Positions 1 to 12,900 of a stretch of DNA of 64,000 bases are shown here, in pieces. The stretch is from Azolla caroliniana (taxonomy: Eukaryota; Plantae; Polypodiophyta). The position numbers were made by a program, and so were the translations under genes. Position 1 is the stretch's first letter. Every line of letters begins with the position of its first letter. Below the pieces are notes generated by a model. That model saw nothing but the letters and a program-made list of their open reading frames with translations, did no database searches and had not been told where the DNA came from. The stretch is from the NCBI GenBank assembly GCA_043228905.1, contig JBHGNT010000143.1, positions 1-64,000 of the forward strand, read 5' to 3'.

Positions 1-3000
1 AACATTTTAATTTACTCAAGGGCTCCTCTCAACTCCCTCCTCAAGTTTTCTATTTTCGTCATGTCTCTCGACCTGAGTTTCAAAATCTTGATTTTTTAAT
101 TCCATATCATAGCTAGCGTTGCTAGCTTCGATTTGCATGGTTGAACACAAAAATCCGATATCACACGAGCCAGGTATGAACATTTTAATTTACTCAAGGG
201 CTCCTCTCAACTCCCTCCTCAAGTTTGCTATTTTCGTCATGTCTCTCGACCTGAGTTTGAAAATCTTGATTTTTTAATTCCATATCATAGGTAGCGTTGT
301 TAGCTTCGATTCGCATGTTTGAACACAAGAATCCGATATCACACGAGCCAGGTATGAACATTTTAATTTACTCAAGGGCTCCTCTCAACTCCCTCCTCAA
401 GTTTGCTATTTTCGTCATGTCTCTCGACCTGAGTTTCAAAATCTTGATTTTTTAATTCCATATCATAGCTAGCGTTGTTTGCTTCGATTTGCATGATTGA
501 ACACAAAAATACGATATCACACGAGCCCGGTATGAACATTTTAATTTACCTACTAGCTCTTCTCAACTCCCTCCTCAAGTTTGCTATTTTCGTCATGTCT
601 CTCGACCTGAGTTTCAAAATCTTGTTTTTTTAATTCCATATCATAGCTAGCGTTGTTAGCTTCGATTTGCATGATTGAACACAAAAATCCGATATCACAC
701 GAGCCAGGTATGAACATTTTAATTTACCTACTAGCTCTTCTCAACTCCCTCCTCAAGTTTGCTATTTTCGTCATGTCTCTCGACCTGAGTTTCAAAATCC
801 TGATTTTTTAATTCCATATCATAGCTAGCGTTGCTAGCTTCGATTTGCATGGTTGAACAGAAAAATCCGATATCACACGAGCCAGGTATGAACATTTTAA
901 TTTACTCAAGGGCTCCTCTCAACTCCCTCCTCAAGTTTGCTATTTTCGTCATGTCTCTCGACCTGAGTTTCAAAATCTTGATTTTTTAATTCCATATCAT
1001 AGCTAGCGTTGTTTGCTTCGATTTGCATGATTGAACACAAAAATCCGATATCACACGAGCCAGGTATGAACATTTTAATTTACCTACTAGCTCTTCTCAA
1101 CTCCCTCCTCAAGTTTGCTATTTTCGTCATGTCTCTCGACCTGAGTTTCAAAATCTTGATTTTTTAATTCCATATCATAGCCAGCGTTGTTTGCTTCGAT
1201 TTGCATGATTGAACACAAAAATCCGATATCACACGAGCCAGGTATGAACATTTTAATTTACCTACTAGCTCTTCTCAACTCCCTCCTCAAGTTTGCTATT
1301 TTCGTCATGTCTCTCGACCTGAGTTTCAAAATCTTGATTTTTTAATTCCATATCATAGCTAGCGTTGTTTGCTTCGATTGGCATGATTGAACACAAAAAT
1401 CCGATATCACACGAGCCCGGTATGAACATTTTAATTTACCTACTAGCTCTTCTCAACTCCCTCCTCAAGTTTGCTATTTTCGTCATGTCTCTCGACCTGA
1501 GTTTCAAAATCTTGATTTTTTAATTCCATATCATAGGTAGCGTTGTTAGCTTCGATTCGCATGTTTGAACACAAAAATCTGATATCACACGAGCTAGGTA
1601 TGAACATTTTTATTTACCTACTAGCTCTTCTCAACTCAGTCCTCAAGTTTGCTATTTTCGTCATGTCTCTCGATCTGAGTTTCAAAATCTTGATTTTTTA
1701 ATTCCATATCATAGCTAGCGTTGCTAGCTTCGATTTGCATGATTGAACACAAAAATCCGATATCACACGAGCCCGGTATGAACATTTTAATTTACCTACT
1801 AGCTCTTCTCAACTCCCTCCTCAGGTTTGCTATTTTCGTCATGTCTCTCGACCTGAGTTTCAAAATCTTGTTTTTTTAATTCCATATCATAGGTAGCGTT
1901 GTTAGCTTCGATTTGCATGATTGAACACAGAAATCCGATATCACACGAGCCAGGTATGAACATTTTAATTTACCTACTAGCTCTTCTCAACTCCCTCCTC
2001 AAGTTTGCTATTTTCGTCATGTCTCTCGACCTGAGTTTCAAAATCTTGATTTTTTAATTCCATATCATAGCTAGCGTTGCTAGCTTCGATTTGCATGGTT
2101 GAACACAAAAATCCGATATCACACGAGCCAGGTATGAACATTTTAATTTACCTACTAGCTCTTCTCAACTCCCTCCTCAAGTTTGCTATTTTCGTCATGT
2201 CTCTCGACCTGAGTTTCAAAATCCTGATTTTTTAATTCCATATCATAGCTAGCGTTGCTAGCTTCGATTTGCATGGTTGAACACAAAAATCCGATATCAC
2301 ACGAGCCAGGTATGAACATTTTAATTTACCTACTAGCTCTTCTCAACTCCCTCCTCAAGTTTGCTATTTTCGTCATGTCTCTCGACCTGAGTTTCAAAAT
2401 CCTGATTTTTTAATTCCATATCATAGCTAGCGTTGCTAGCTTCGATTTGCATGGTTGAACACAAAAATCCGATATCACACGAGCCAGGTATGAACATTTT
2501 AATTTACCTACTAGCTCTTCTCAACTCCCTCCTCAAGTTTGCTATTTTCGTCATGTCTCTCGACCTGAGTTTCAAAATCTTCTTTTTTTAATTCCATATC
2601 ATAGCTAGCGTTGTTTGCTTCGATTTGCATGATTGAACACAAAAATCCGATATCACACGAGCCAGGTATGAACATTTTAATTTACCTACTAGCTCTTCTC
2701 AACTCCCTCCTCAAGTTTGCTATTTTCGTCATGTCTCTCGACCTGAGTTTCAAAATCTTGATTTTTTAATTCCATATCATAGCTAGCGTTGTTTGCTTCG
2801 ATTTGCATGATTGAACACAAAAATCCGATATCACACGAGCCAGGTATGAACATTTTCATTTACCTACTAGCTCTTCTCAACTCCCTCCTCAAGTTTGCTA
2901 TTTTCCTCATGTCTCTCGACCTGAGTTTCAAAATCTTGATTTTTTAATTCCATATCATAGCTAGCGTTGTTAGCTTCGATTCGCATGTTTGAACACAAAA

Positions 3001-6000
3001 ATCTGATATCACACGAGCTAGGTATGAACATTTTAATTTACCTACTAGCTCTTCTCAACTCAGTCCTCAAGTTTGCTATTTTCGTCATGTCTCTCGACCT
3101 GAGTTTCAAAATCTTGATTTTTTAATTCCATATCATAGCTAGCGTTGCTAGCTTCGATTTGCATGATTGAACACAAAAATCCGATATCACACGAGCCCGG
3201 TATGAACATTTTAATTTACCTACTAGCTCTTCTCAACTCCCTCCTCAGGTTTGCTATTTTCGTCATGTCTCTCGACCTGAGTTTCAAAATCTTGTTTTTT
3301 TAATTCCATATCATAGCTAGCGTTGTTAGCTTCGATTTGCATGATTGAACACAGAAATCCGATATCACACGAGCCAGGTATGAACATTTTAATTTACCTA
3401 CTAGCTCTTCTCAACTCCCTCCTCAAGTTTGCTATTTTCGTCATGTCTCTGGACCTGAGTTTCAAAATCTTGATTTTTTAATTCCATATCATAGGTAGCG
3501 TCGCCAGCTTCGATTCGCATGTTTGAACACAAAAATCCGATATCACACGAGCCAGGTATGAACATTTTAATTTACTCAAGGGCTCCTCTCAACTCCCTCC
3601 TCAAGTTTGCTATTTTCGTCATGTCTCTCGACCTGAGTTTCAAAATCTTGATTTTTTAATTCCATATCATAGCTAGCGTTGTTTGCTTCGATTTGCATGA
3701 TTGAACACAAAAATCCGATATCACACGAGCCAGGTATGAACATTTTAATTTACCTACTAGCTCTTCTCAACTCCCTCCTCAAGTTTGCTATTTTCGTCAT
3801 GTCTCTCGACCTGAGTTTCAAAATCTTGATTTTTTAATTCCATATCATAGCTAGCGTTGTTTGCTTCGATTTGCATGATTGAACACAAAAATCCGATATC
3901 ACACGAGCCAGGTATGAACATTTTAATTTACCTACTAGCTCTTCTCAACTCCCTCCTCAAGTTTGCTATTTTCGTCATGTCTCTCGACCTGAGTTTCAAA
4001 ATCTTGATTTTTTAATTCCATATCATAGCTAGCGTTGTTTGCTTCGATTGGCATGATTGAACACAAAAATCCGATATCACACGAGCCCGGTATGAACATT
4101 TTAATTTACCTACTAGCTCTTCTCAACTCCCTCCTCAAGTTTGCTATTTTCGTCATGTCTCTCGACCTGAGTTTCAAAATCCTGATTTTTTAATTCCATA
4201 TCATAGCTAGCGTTGCTAGCTTCGATTTGCATGGTTGAACAGAAAAATCCGATATCACACGAGCCAGGTATGAACATTTTAATTTACTCAAGGGCTCCTC
4301 TCAACTCCCTCCTCAAGTTTGCTATTTTCGTCATGTCTCTCGACCTGAGTTTCAAAATCTTGATTTTTTAATTCCATATCATAGCTAGCGTTGTTTGCTT
4401 CGATTTGCATGATTGAACACAAAAATCCGATATCACACGAGCCAGGTATGAACATTTTAATTTACCTACTAGCTCTTCTCAACTCCCTCCTCAAGTTTGC
4501 TATTTTCGTCATGTCTCTCGACCTGAGTTTCAAAATCTTGATTTTTTAATTCCATATCATAGCTAGCGTTGTTTGCTTCGATTTGCATGATTGAACACAA
4601 AAATCCGATATCACACGAGCCAGGTATGAACATTTTAATTTACCTACTAGCTCTTCTCAACTCCCTCCTCAAGTTTGCTATTTTCGTCATGTCTCTCGAC
4701 CTGAGTTTCAAAATCTTGATTTTTTAATTCCATATCATAGCTAGCGTTGTTTGCTTCGATTGGCATGATTGAACACAAAAATCCGATATCACACGAGCCC
4801 GGTATGAACATTTTAATTTACCTACTAGCTCTTCTCAACTCCCTCCTCAAGTTTGCTATTTTCGTCATGTCTCTCGACCTGAGTTTCAAAATCTTGATTT
4901 TTTAATTCCATATCATAGGTAGCGTTGTTAGCTTCGATTCGCATGTTTGAACACAAAAATCTGATATCACACGAGCTAGGTATGAACATTTTAATTTACC
5001 TACTAGCTCTTCTCAACTCAGTCCTCAAGTTTGCTATTTTCGTCATGTCTCTCGATCTGAGTTTCAAAATCTTGATTTTTTAATTCCATATCATAGCTAG
5101 CGTTGCTAGCTTCGATTTGCATGATTGAACACAAAAATCCGATATCACACGAGCCCGGTATGAACATTTTAATTTACCTACTAGCTCTTCTCAACTCCCT
5201 CCTCAGGTTTGCTATTTTCGTCATGTCTCTCGACCTGAGTTTCAAAATCTTGTTTTTTTAATTCCATATCATAGGTAGCGTTGTTAGCTTCGATTTGCAT
5301 GATTGAACACAGAAATCCGATATCACACGAGCCAGGTATGAACATTTTCATTTACCTACTAGCTCTTCTCAACTCCCTCCTCAAGTTTGCTATTTTCGTC
5401 ATGTCTCTGGACCTGAGTTTCAAAATCTTGATTTTTTAATTCCATATCATAGGTAGCGTCGCCAGCTTCGATTCGCATGTTTGAACACAAAAATCCGATA
5501 TCACACGAGCCAGGTATGAACATTTTAATTTACTCAAGGGCTCCTCTCAACTCCCTCCTCAAGTTTGCTATTTTCGTCATGTCTCTCGACCTGAGTTTCA
5601 AAATCTTGATTTTTTAATTCCATATCATAGCTAGCGTTGCTAGCTTCGATTTGCATGGTTGAACACAAAAATCCGATATCACACGAGCCAGGTATGAACA
5701 TTTTAATTTACTCAAGGGCTCCTCTCAACTCCCTCCTCAAGTTTGCTATTTTCGTCATGTCTCTCGACCTGAGTTTGAAAATCTTGATTTTTTAATTCCA
5801 TATCATAGGTAGCGTTGTTAGCTTCGATTCGCATGTTTGAACACAAGAATCCGATATCACACGAGCCAGGTATGAACATTTTAATTTACTCAAGGGCTCC
5901 TCTCAACTCCCTCCTCAAGTTTGCTATTTTCGTCATGTCTCTCGACCTGAGTTTCAAAATCTTGATTTTTTAATTCCATATCATAGCTAGCGTTGTTTGC

Positions 6001-9000
6001 TTCGATTTGCATGATTGAACACAAAAATACGATATCACACGAGCCCGGTATGAACATTTTAATTTACCTACTAGCTCTTCTCAACTCCCTCCTCAAGTTT
6101 GCTATTTTCGTCATGTCTCTCGACCTGAGTTTCAAAATCTTGTTTTTTTAATTCCATATCATAGCTAGCGTTGTTAGCTTCGATTTGCATGATTGAACAC
6201 AAAAATCCGATATCACACGAGCCAGGTATGAACATTTTAATTTACCTACTAGCTCTTCTCAACTCCCTCCTCAAGTTTGCTATTTTCGTCATGTCTCTCG
6301 ACCTGAGTTTCAAAATCCTGATTTTTTAATTCCATATCATAGCTAGCGTTGCTAGCTTCGATTTGCATGGTTGAACAGAAAAATCCGATATCACACGAGC
6401 CAGGTATGAACATTTTAATTTACTCAAGGGCTCCTCTCAACTCCCTCCTCAAGTTTGCTATTTTCGTCATGTCTCTCGACCTGAGTTTCAAAATCTTGAT
6501 TTTTTAATTCCATATCATAGCTAGCGTTGTTTGCTTCGATTTGCATGATTGAACACAAAAATCCGATATCACACGAGCCAGGTATGAACATTTTAATTTA
6601 CCTACTAGCTCTTCTCAACTCCCTCCTCAAGTTTGCTATTTTCGTCATGTCTCTCGACCTGAGTTTCAAAATCTTGATTTTTTAATTCCATATCATAGCT
6701 AGCGTTGTTTGCTTCGATTTGCATGATTGAACACAAAAATCCGATATCACACGAGCCAGGTATGAACATTTTAATTTACCTACTAGCTCTTCTCAACTCC
6801 CTCCTCAAGTTTGCTATTTTCGTCATGTCTCTCGACCTGAGTTTCAAAATCTTGATTTTTTAATTCCATATCATAGCTAGCGTTGTTTGCTTCGATTGGC
6901 ATGATTGAACACAAAAATCCGATATCACACGAGCCCGGTATGAACATTTTAATTTACCTACTAGCTCTTCTCAACTCCCTCCTCAAGTTTGCTATTTTCG
7001 TCATGTCTCTCGACCTGAGTTTCAAAATCTTGATTTTTTAATTCCATATCATAGGTAGCGTTGTTAGCTTCGATTCGCATGTTTGAACACAAAAATCTGA
7101 TATCACACGAGCTAGGTATGAACATTTTTATTTACCTACTAGCTCTTCTCAACTCAGTCCTCAAGTTTGCTATTTTCGTCATGTCTCTCGATCTGAGTTT
7201 CAAAATCTTGATTTTTTAATTCCATATCATAGCTAGCGTTGCTAGCTTCGATTTGCATGATTGAACACAAACATCCGATATCACACGAGCCCGGTATGAA
7301 CATTTTAATTTACCTACTAGCTCTTCTCAACTCCCTCCTCAGGTTTGCTATTTTCGTCATGTCTCTCGACCTGAGTTTCAAAATCTTGTTTTTTTAATTC
7401 CATATCATAGGTAGCGTTGTTAGCTTCGATTTGCATGATTGAACACAGAAATCCGATATCACACGAGCCAGGTATGAACATTTTAATTTACCTACTAGCT
7501 CTTCTCAACTCCCTCCTCAAGTTTGCTATTTTCGTCATGTCTCTCGACCTGAGTTTCAAAATCTTGATTTTTTAATTCCATATCATAGCTAGCGTTGCTA
7601 GCTTCGATTTGCATGGTTGAACACAAAAATCCGATATCACACGAGCCAGGTATGAACATTTTAATTTACCTACTAGCTCTTCTCAACTCCCTCCTCAAGT
7701 TTGCTATTTTCGTCATGTCTCTCGACCTGAGTTTCAAAATCCTGATTTTTTAATTCCATATCATAGCTAGCGTTGCTAGCTTCGATTTGCATGGTTGAAC
7801 ACAAAAATCCGATATCAAACGAGCCAGGTATGAACATTTTAATTTACCTACTAGCTCTTCTCAACTCCCTCCTCAAGTTTGCTATTTTCGTCATGTCTCT
7901 CGACCTGAGTTTCAAAATCCTGATTTTTTAATTCCATATCATAGCTAGCGTTGCTAGCTTCGATTTGCATGGTTGAACACAAAAATCCGATATCACACGA
8001 GCCAGGTATGAACATTTTAATTTACCTACTAGCTCTTCTCAACTCCCTCCTCAAGTTTGCTATTTTCGTCATGTCTCTCGACCTGAGTTTCAAAATCTTC
8101 TTTTTTTAATTCCATATCATAGCTAGCGTTGTTTGCTTCGATTTGCATGATTGAACACAAAAATCCGATATCACACGAGCCAGGTATGAACATTTTAATT
8201 TACCTACTAGCTCTTCTCAACTCCCTCCTCAAGTTTGCTATTTTCGTCATGTCTCTCGACCTGAGTTTCAAAATCTTGATTTTTTAATTCCATATCATAG
8301 CTAGCGTTGTTTGCTTCGATTTGCATGATTGAACACAAAAATCCGATATCACACGAGCCAGGTATGAACATTTTCATTTACCTACTAGCTCTTCTCAACT
8401 CCCTCCTCAAGTTTGCTATTTTCCTCATGTCTCTCGACCTGAGTTTCAAAATCTTGATTTTTTAATTCCATATCATAGCTAGCGTTGCTAGCTTCGATTT
8501 GCATGATTGAACACAAAAATCCGATATCACACGAGCCAGGTATGAACATTTTAATTTACCTACTAGCTCTTCTCAACTCCCTCCTCAAGTTTGCTATTTT
8601 CGTCATGTCTCTCGACCTGAGTTTCAAAATCTTGATTTTTTAATTCCATATCATAGCTAGCGTTGTTTGCTTCGATTGGCATGATTGAACACAAAAATCC
8701 GATATCACACGAGCCCGGTATGAACATTTTAATTTACCTACTAGCTCTTCTCAACTCCCTCCTCAAGTTTGCTATTTTCGTCATGTCTCTCGACCTGAGT
8801 TTCAAAATCTTGATTTTTTAATTCCATATCATAGGTAGCGTTGTTAGCTTCGATTCGCATGTTTGAACACAAAAATCTGATATCACACGAGCTAGGTATG
8901 AACATTTTAATTTACCTACTAGCTCTTCTCAACTCAGTCCTCAAGTTTGCTATTTTCGTCATGTCTCTCGACCTGAGTTTCAAAATCTTGATTTTTTAAT

Positions 9001-9968
9001 TCCATATCATAGCTAGCGTTGCTAGCTTCGATTTGCATGATTGAACACAAAAATCCGATATCACACGAGCCCGGTATGAACATTTTAATTTACCTACTAG
9101 CTCTTCTCAACTCCCTCCTCAGGTTTGCTATTTTCGTCATGTCTCTCGACCTGAGTTTCAAAATCTTGTTTTTTTAATTCCATATCATAGCTAGCGTTGT
9201 TAGCTTCGATTTGCATGATTGAACACAGAAATCCGATATCACACGAGCCAGGTATGAACATTTTCATTTACCTACTAGCTCTTCTCAACTCCCTCCTCAA
9301 GTTTGCTATTTTCGTCATGTCTCTGGACCTGAGTTTCAAAATCTTGATTTTTTAATTCCATATCATAGGTAGCGTCGCCAGCTTCGATTCGCATGTTTGA
9401 ACACAAAAATCCGATATCACACGAGCCAGGTATGAACATTTTAATTTACTCAAGGGCTCCTCTCAACTCCCTCCTCAAGTTTGCTATTTTCGTCATGTCT
9501 CTCGACCTGAGTTTCAAAATCTTGATTTTTTAATTCCATATCATAGCTAGCGTTGCTAGCTTCGATTTGCATGGTTGAACACAAAAATCCGATATCACAC
9601 GAGCCAGGTATGAACATTTTAATTTACTCAAGGGCTCCTCTCAACTCCCTCCTCAAGTTTGCTATTTTCGTCATGTCTCTCGACCTGAGTTTGAAAATCT
9701 TGATTTTTTAATTCCATATCATAGGTAGCGTTGTTAGCTTCGATTCGCATGTTTGAACACAAGAATCCGATATCACACGAGCCAGGTATGAACATTTTAA
9801 TTTACTCAAGGGCTCCTCTCAACTCCCTCCTCAAGTTTGCTATTTTCGTCATGTCTCTCGACCTGAGTTTCAAAATCTTGATTTTTTAATTCCATATCAT
9901 AGCTAGCCTTGTTTGCTTCGATTTGCATGATTGAACACAAAAATACGATATCACACGAGCCCGGTATG

Positions 9969-12900
9969 AACATTTTAATTTACCTACTAGCTCTTCTCAA
10001 CTCCCTCCTCAAGTTTGCTATTTTCGTCATGTCTCTCGACCTGAGTTTCAAAATCTTGATTTTTTAATTCCATATCATAGGTAGCGTTGTTAGCTTCGAT
10101 TCGCATGTTTGAACACAAAAATCTGATATCACACGAGCTAGGTATGAACATTTTAATTTACCTACTAGCTCTTCTCAACTCAGTCCTCAAGTTTGCTATT
10201 TTCGTCATGTCTCTCGATCTGAGTTTCAAAATCTTGATTTTTTAATTCCATATCATAGCTAGCGTTGCTAGCTTCGATTTGCATGATTGAACACAAAAAT
10301 CCGATATCACACGAGCCCGGTATGAACATTTTAATTTACCTACTAGCTCTTCTCAACTCCCTCCTCAGGTTTGCTATTTTCGTCATGTCTCTCGACCTGA
10401 GTTTCAAAATCTTGTTTTTTTAATTCCATATCATAGCTAGCGTTGTTAGCTTCGATTTGCATGATTGAACACAGAAATCCGATATCACACGAGCCAGGTA
10501 TGAACATTTTCATTTACCTACTAGCTCTTCTCAACTCCCTCCTCAAGTTTGCTATTTTCGTCATGTCTCTGGACCTGAGTTTCAAAATCTTGATTTTTTA
10601 ATTCCATATCATAGGTAGCGTCGCCAGCTTCGATTCGCATGTTTGAACACAAAAATCCGATATCACACGAGCCAGGTATGAACATTTTAATTTACTCAAG
10701 GGCTCCTCTCAACTCCCTCCTCAAGTTTGCTATTTTCGTCATGTCTCTCGACCTGAGTTTCAAAATCTTGATTTTTTAATTCCATATCATAGCTAGCGTT
10801 GCTAGCTTCGATTTGCATGGTTGAACACAAAAATCCGATATCACACGAGCCAGGTATGAACATTTTAATTTACTCAAGGGCTCCTCTCAACTCCCTCCTC
10901 AAGTTTGCTATTTTCGTCATGTCTCTCGACCTGAGTTTGAAAATCTTGATTTTTTAATTCCATATCATAGGTAGCGTTGTTAGCTTCGATTCGCATGTTT
11001 GAACACAAGAATCCGATATCACACGAGCCAGGTATGAACATTTTAATTTACTCAAGGGCTCCTCTCAACTCCCTCCTCAAGTTTGCTATTTTCGTCATGT
11101 CTCTCGACCTGAGTTTCAAAATCTTGATTTTTTAATTCCATATCATAGCTAGCCTTGTTTGCTTCGATTTGCATGATTGAACACAAAAATACGATATCAC
11201 ACGAGCCCGGTATGAACATTTTAATTTACCTACTAGCTCTTCTCAACTCCCTCCTCAAGTTTGCTATTTTCGTCATGTCTCTCGACCTGAGTTTCAAAAT
11301 CTTGTTTTTTTAATTCCATATCATAGCTAGCGTTGTTAGCTTCGATTTGCATGATTGAACACAAAAATCCGATATCACACGAGCCAGGTATGAACATTTT
11401 AATTTACCTACTAGCTCTTCTCAACTCCCTCCTCAAGTTTGCTATTTTCGTCATGTCTCTCGACCTGAGTTTCAAAATCCTGATTTTTTAATTCCATATC
11501 ATAGCTAGCGTTGCTAGCTTCGATTTGCATGGTTGAACAGAAAAATCCGATATCACACGAGCCAGGTATGAACATTTTAATTTACTCAAGGGCTCCTCTC
11601 AACTCCCTCCTCAAGTTTGCTATTTTCGTCATGTCTCTCGACCTGAGTTTCAAAATCTTGATTTTTTAATTCCATATCATAGCTAGCGTTGTTTGCTTCG
11701 ATTTGCATGATTGAACACAAAAATCCGATATCACACGAGCCAGGTATGAACATTTTAATTTACCTACTAGCTCTTCTCAACTCCCTCCTCAAGTTTGCTA
11801 TTTTCGTCATGTCTCTCGACCTGAGTTTCAAAATCTTGATTTTTTAATTCCATATCATAGCTAGCGTTGTTTGCTTCGATTTGCATGATTGAACACAAAA
11901 ATCCGATATCACACGAGCCAGGTATGAACATTTTAATTTACCTACTAGCTCTTCTCAACTCCCTCCTCAAGTTTGCTATTTTCGTCATGTCTCTCGACCT
12001 GAGTTTCAAAATCTTGATTTTTTAATTCCATATCATAGCTAGCGTTGTTTGCTTCGATTGGCATGATTGAACACAAAAATCCGATATCACACGAGCCCGG
12101 TATGAACATTTTAATTTACCTACTAGCTCTTCTCAACTCCCTCCTCAAGTTTGCTATTTTCGTCATGTCTCTCGACCTGAGTTTCAAAATCTTGATTTTT
12201 TAATTCCATATCATAGGTAGCGTTGTTAGCTTCGATTCGCATGTTTGAACACAAAAATCTGATATCACACGAGCTAGGTATGAACATTTTAATTTACCTA
12301 CTAGCTCTTCTCAACTCAGTCCTCAAGTTTGCTATTTTCGTCATGTCTCTCGATCTGAGTTTCAAAATCTTGATTTTTTAATTCCATATCATAGCTAGCG
12401 TTGCTAGCTTCGATTTGCATGATTGAACACAAAAATCCGATATCACACGAGCCCGGTATGAACATTTTAATTTACCTACTAGCTCTTCTCAACTCCCTCC
12501 TCAGGTTTGCTATTTTCGTCATGTCTCTCGACCTGAGTTTCAAAATCTTGTTTTTTTAATTCCATATCATAGCTAGCGTTGTTAGCTTCGATTTGCATGA
12601 TTGAACACAGAAATCCGATATCACACGAGCCAGGTATGAACATTTTCATTTACCTACTAGCTCTTCTCAACTCCCTCCTCAAGTTTGCTATTTTCGTCAT
12701 GTCTCTGGACCTGAGTTTCAAAATCTTGATTTTTTAATTCCATATCATAGGTAGCGTCGCCAGCTTCGATTCGCATGTTTGAACACAAAAATCCGATATC
12801 ACACGAGCCAGGTATGAACATTTTAATTTACTCAAGGGCTCCTCTCAACTCCCTCCTCAAGTTTGCTATTTTCGTCATGTCTCTCGACCTGAGTTTCAAA

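Noticed and set aside
54-143. CENP-B box at the TTCG motifs
   Set aside because: Neither TTCGTCATG nor TTCGATTTG is followed by the required A and CGGG at the right spacing, and there is no match on the minus strand.
1-178. Identity with Arabidopsis CEN178 or primate alpha satellite
   Set aside because: The length is similar, but I see no sequence resemblance to those consensuses as I recall them. A database search is needed to be sure.
1-178. 10-bp phased A-tracts (intrinsic curvature)
   Set aside because: A/T tracts are present (5-13, 53-56, 78-85, 92-101, 149-153), but I cannot see regular helical phasing by eye. This needs a curvature computation.
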